Source: Mycolicibacterium smegmatis (GTDB taxonomy: Bacteria; Actinomycetota; Actinomycetes; Mycobacteriales; Mycobacteriaceae). Taken from it: a stretch of DNA of 32,000 nt. The number at the start of each line of letters is the position of its first letter. Position 1 is the stretch's first letter. Positions 26,465-32,000 of the stretch are shown in pieces. The stretch is taken from positions 1,650,001-1,682,000 of the forward strand of contig NZ_LN831039.1 in assembly GCF_001457595.1 (NCBI RefSeq), written 5' to 3'. The notes beneath the pieces were generated by a model. The model was given only the letters and a program-made list of their open reading frames with translations, was not told the DNA's origin and searched no databases. Position numbers and translations under genes: made by a program.

Positions 26465-27159
26465 ATGGTCGAAGGGGAGAAGCGGCTCGGATTGACCGCC
26501 GATGAGGTGCTGACGACGACGCGCGCGGTGCGCAAGCGACTCGACTACTCACGGCCCGTGCCGCGCGAACTGGTCACCGAATGCGTCCGCATCGCCACGC
26601 AGGCGCCCAGTGGGCGCAACCGTCAGCGCTGGGACTTCGTCGTGGTCGACGATCCGCGCCTGCGGTCGCGGGTCGCCGAGATCTGGCGTCGCGGGCTGTT
26701 CGCCGGGGTGCCCGGAACGGGTGGCAGGCATGAGGTCAGCCGCATGACGTCGCCCGAGGAGTGGCGCCGCATCGCCGCGGGTCTCGATCACCTGGCCGCA
26801 CACCTGCACGAGGCGCCGATGCTGTTGATCCCGTGTGTGCGCGTCGCATCACGACGCGAATTGGCGACGGTGCGCGGACAGGCCGGCGCGTGGGGTTCGG
26901 TGCTGCCTGCGGTGTGGAGCTTCATGCTCGCCGCCCGCGAACGTGGGCTCGGAACAGCCTGGACCACATGTCATCTCAGTTACGAGCTGGAGATGGCGGA
27001 GCTTCTGGGGATCGACGCCGACCATGTGGTGCAGGCCGCGCTCACCCCCGTCGCCTTCACCCGCGGCACCGAATTCCGGCCCGGTCCCCGTGCCGATCAC
27101 CGCGATTTCCTGCACTGGAACACCTGGGACGGGCGCAGCCGTGCGGGCCGGAAAACCGG

Positions 27160-27163
<4 letters not shown>
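26465..27163 (+). CDS. Nitroreductase-family (FMN-dependent) protein
   Basis: 232 aa. TTRAVRKRLDYSRPVPRELVTECVRIATQAPSGRNRQRWDFVVV is a typical nitroreductase N-terminus. RBS AAGGGGGA lies upstream. Confidence 0.8.
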
Positions 27164-29635
<2,472 letters not shown>

Positions 29636-29663
29636 GGGTGAAGTCCTCACTGTTGTCGTGTCG

Positions 29664-30518
29664 TCAGGCCAGGCCGAGCGGCCCGGCGAGTTCGGCCAGC
29701 GCCGGGACCAGCTTGTCCGGCGAGGTCAGCACCTGCACGGGTACGTGGTCGGCGCCCGCGGCGAGATGTTCGGAAAGACGTGCGGCGATCGCATCAACCG
29801 TGCCATAGGCCACGACCGCGTCGATGAACCGGTCGGCGCCTGGTTTCGCGAGTTCGTCATCGGCGAAACCGAGCCGCTTGAAGTTGTTGAGATAGTTCGC
29901 GAGTCCGAGGTAGAGGTCGAGCGCCTTGCGGCCCACGGCGCGGGCCTGTTCCGCATCGGTGGTCAGCACCACCTTGTGTTCGGGCGCCAGAAACGCGTCG
30001 GGCCCGATGATCTCGCGCGCGCTTCTGGTGTGTTCGGGAGTCGTCAAGTAGGGATGTGCGCCGGCCGAGTGCTCGGCGGACAGCTGCAGCACCTTGGGGC
30101 CGAGGGCGGCGACCACCCGGCGGTGCTTGGGCACGCCGTAGGAATCGAGCTTGTCGAGGTAATCGGTGAGCGCATCCAGCGGCTTGCGGTACTCGACGTG
30201 CGCCTCGCGGTGCCCCACGCCGATCCCCAGCAGGAACCGCCCCGGATAGGCCGCCTCGATGCGGTGGAACGACTCGGCGACCGGACCCGGCGCGGCCGTC
30301 CAGATGTTGACGATGCCGGTGGCCACCTGCAGCGTCGTCGTGGCCTCCAGAATCGGCTCGACCCACTCCAGTTCGGCGGGCGGTGAGCCGCCCACCCACA
30401 CGGCGCCGTAGCCGAGCGCCTCGATCTCCTTGGCCTGCGCAGGTGTCACCCCGCGACCGAACGAACCGTACCTGCCCAGATCTGGTTTCGGCCCCGCCGC
30501 CGAAGTGGTGTCAGTCAT
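29664..30518 (-). CDS. Luciferase-like monooxygenase family, F420-dependent oxidoreductase type (tandem paralog)
   Basis: Trimmed from the track ORF 29664-30581 to ATG 30518, giving 284 aa. It is collinear with the downstream paralog (LGRYGSFGRG..., IEALGYGAVWVGGSP, LQVATGIVNIW). Confidence 0.8.
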   Translation of the reverse strand: MTDTTSAAGPKPDLGRYGSFGRGVTPAQAKEIEALGYGAVWVGGSPPAELEWVEPILEATTTLQVATGIVNIWTAAPGPVAESFHRIEAAYPGRFLLGIGVGHREAHVEYRKPLDALTDYLDKLDSYGVPKHRRVVAALGPKVLQLSAEHSAGAHPYLTTPEHTRSAREIIGPDAFLAPEHKVVLTTDAEQARAVGRKALDLYLGLANYLNNFKRLGFADDELAKPGADRFIDAVVAYGTVDAIAARLSEHLAAGADHVPVQVLTSPDKLVPALAELAGPLGLA

Positions 30519-30569
30519 GTCTGCCTCAACCCCGCCGCCTTCGCGCGGTATTCCGGTCACCGGGACATG

Positions 30570-30627
30570 CCGAGATTGCACTCAGGGACAAAGTTCGCCT
30601 CTTTTCTGTCCCTCACGGCAATCTCGG
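30570..30627. other. 58 nt composite inverted repeat: outer arms CCGAGATTGC/GCAATCTCGG, inner arms AGGGACA/TGTCCCT
   Basis: Read directly from the sequence. It lies between the kinase stop (30662) and the LLM start (30518), both on the minus strand, so it could be a terminator or a 5'-UTR element. Confidence 0.5.
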
Positions 30628-30661
30628 TGCGCAGACATGGGGCCGGCCGCGACAGACGGCG

Positions 30662-32000
30662 TCAGTTCGAGGAGTCGCCGTCGGGCGGTGGCGCCTGCAG
30701 CGGCAGCAGCACCACGAAGCGGGTGTTGCCGGGCTCGGAGTACACCCGCAGATCCCCGTTGTGCTTCTCGACGACGATGCGCCACGCCAGGTCGAGGCCC
30801 AGCCCGGTGCCCTCGCCGAACGGTTTGGTGGTGAAGAACGGCGTGAAGATGCGGTTGATGATGTCCTCGGGGATACCCGGGCCGTCATCGCAGATCTCGA
30901 CGCGGATCATCTCGTCGTTCTCGCGCGCGGTGCGGATGGTCAGGGTGCCGTGACCGTCCATGGCCTGGATGGCGTTGTCGATGATGTTGGTCCAGACCTG
31001 GTTCAGATCGCCTGGGTAGCACTGCAATTCGGGCAGTGTCTTGTCCATGTCCTTGACCAGGGTGATGGGCTTGTCCTTGCCGATCTTGCCGCCGAACATC
31101 ATCAGCGTGCTTCGCAGCAACTCGTGCACGTCGGCGCTCTGGTAGGCGCCGCGGTCCATCTGCGAGTACTGCTTGGCCCCCGCGAGCAGCGCCGAGATGC
31201 GCCTGCTGGCCTCACCGATCTCGTTCATGCGCAACTCGGTGTCGATCGTGTACTTGAGCCACCCGAGCGCGGACTGCAGCGTCTTCGCACCGCACGTCTC
31301 GTCGTGGACGTCCTCGATGGATGCCGAGATCCGTTCCAGCCAGTCGATGTCGAGACCGGCCTCCACGAAGGTCGGCGCGTACTCCCACGCCATCGGGATG
31401 TTGTGGTCCTCGAGCCAGTCGCCGATCTGGTCCTCGCGGTCGGACGCCTCCAGCGCGGTGAGTTCGACGCTCTTGTTCTTGGCCACCTGCTCGGCGACCT
31501 CGTCCTGGATCGTCACGAGCACCCGCAGGGTCTCGGCGCTGAACTTGCCGTCGGCGAGCATCGCGAGCTTGTGGCGCATCTTGCCGACGCCCTCGCGCAG
31601 GTCCGCGACCGCGCGCGCGGTGGCGGCGGCGGGATTGTTGAGCTGATGTGTCAGGCCCGCGGTGATGGTGCCCAGCGCCAGGAGCTTCTCGCGCTGGCCG
31701 ATGATCTGGCTCTGCCGCCTGCCGCCGACCTTGTGCCCCTCCAGCAGATGCACGGCCATCGGGAACTGCGACTGCATGAACACCGCGAACGTGTCGGCGT
31801 CGAGCACGAAGATCCGCGACGGCTGCGTCAACCGGACCGAGGCCTCGTAGATGTGCTCCTCGCCGGGGATGTAGGCCGACCAGGCGCCGAAGTACACGCC
31901 GCGCTGCGAGGTGCGGTTGGTCTGGATGTCGACGCCGCCCGAGCGCTTCGACATCACCAGCTCGCCGTCGATCAACACGTAGAAGCAGGTCGCGGGCTCA
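30662..32000 (-). CDS. Sensor histidine kinase with N-terminal cNMP-binding-like domain (5' end outside the window)
   Basis: The reading frame stays open to the window edge (...EPATCFYVLIDGELV...). H-box GLTHQLNNPAAA; HATPase N, G1 and G2 boxes (NIIDNAIQA, DDGPGIP, GTGLGLD). No TM segment is seen in the visible part. Confidence 0.85.
   Translation of the reverse strand, partial: EPATCFYVLIDGELVMSKRSGGVDIQTNRTSQRGVYFGAWSAYIPGEEHIYEASVRLTQPSRIFVLDADTFAVFMQSQFPMAVHLLEGHKVGGRRQSQIIGQREKLLALGTITAGLTHQLNNPAAATARAVADLREGVGKMRHKLAMLADGKFSAETLRVLVTIQDEVAEQVAKNKSVELTALEASDREDQIGDWLEDHNIPMAWEYAPTFVEAGLDIDWLERISASIEDVHDETCGAKTLQSALGWLKYTIDTELRMNEIGEASRRISALLAGAKQYSQMDRGAYQSADVHELLRSTLMMFGGKIGKDKPITLVKDMDKTLPELQCYPGDLNQVWTNIIDNAIQAMDGHGTLTIRTARENDEMIRVEICDDGPGIPEDIINRIFTPFFTTKPFGEGTGLGLDLAWRIVVEKHNGDLRVYSEPGNTRFVVLLPLQAPPPDGDSSN

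Overview
High-GC actinobacterial chromosome segment. Gene content and order fit a fast-growing Mycobacterium/Mycolicibacterium (M. smegmatis-like). I support about 33 protein-coding genes and found no rRNA, tRNA, CRISPR array, transposase or integrase. Order: four tandem SAM-methyltransferase paralogs (first one cut by the window edge); secY-adk-map; the ECF sigma/anti-sigma pair sigL-rslA; a tightly coupled 4-gene operon (ThDP-dependent enzyme, SRPBCC-like protein, KAS III-like protein, HisC-like aminotransferase); a MarR regulator; a soluble GAF histidine kinase with a NarL-type regulator; a HAD-like protein; the valine-catabolism operon mmsA-fadE9-mmsB; an FAD monooxygenase with a co-transcribed TetR; a TetR-EamA exporter pair divergent from an S58 (DmpA-like) peptidase plus APC permease; a TetR divergent from a nitroreductase; two tandem luciferase-like (F420-type) oxidoreductases followed by rmlB-rmlC; and a 5'-truncated histidine kinase with a cNMP-binding-like N-terminus. 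Most of this is ordinary housekeeping or core synteny (from memory, M. tuberculosis Rv0725c-Rv0737, Rv0751c-Rv0753c, Rv3463-Rv3465). The most interesting signal is the 4-gene operon at 7550-12024. It sits directly after sigL-rslA behind an exact match to the published SigL promoter consensus (TGAACC-N16-CGTGTC), and a near-identical element (TGAACT-N16-CGTATC) precedes sigL itself. Its enzyme set looks like an uncharacterised small-molecule pathway, and its KAS III-like member appears to have Asn in place of the catalytic His. All functional calls come from motif recognition by eye; no searches were run. The many long ORFs antisense to real genes are high-GC artefacts.
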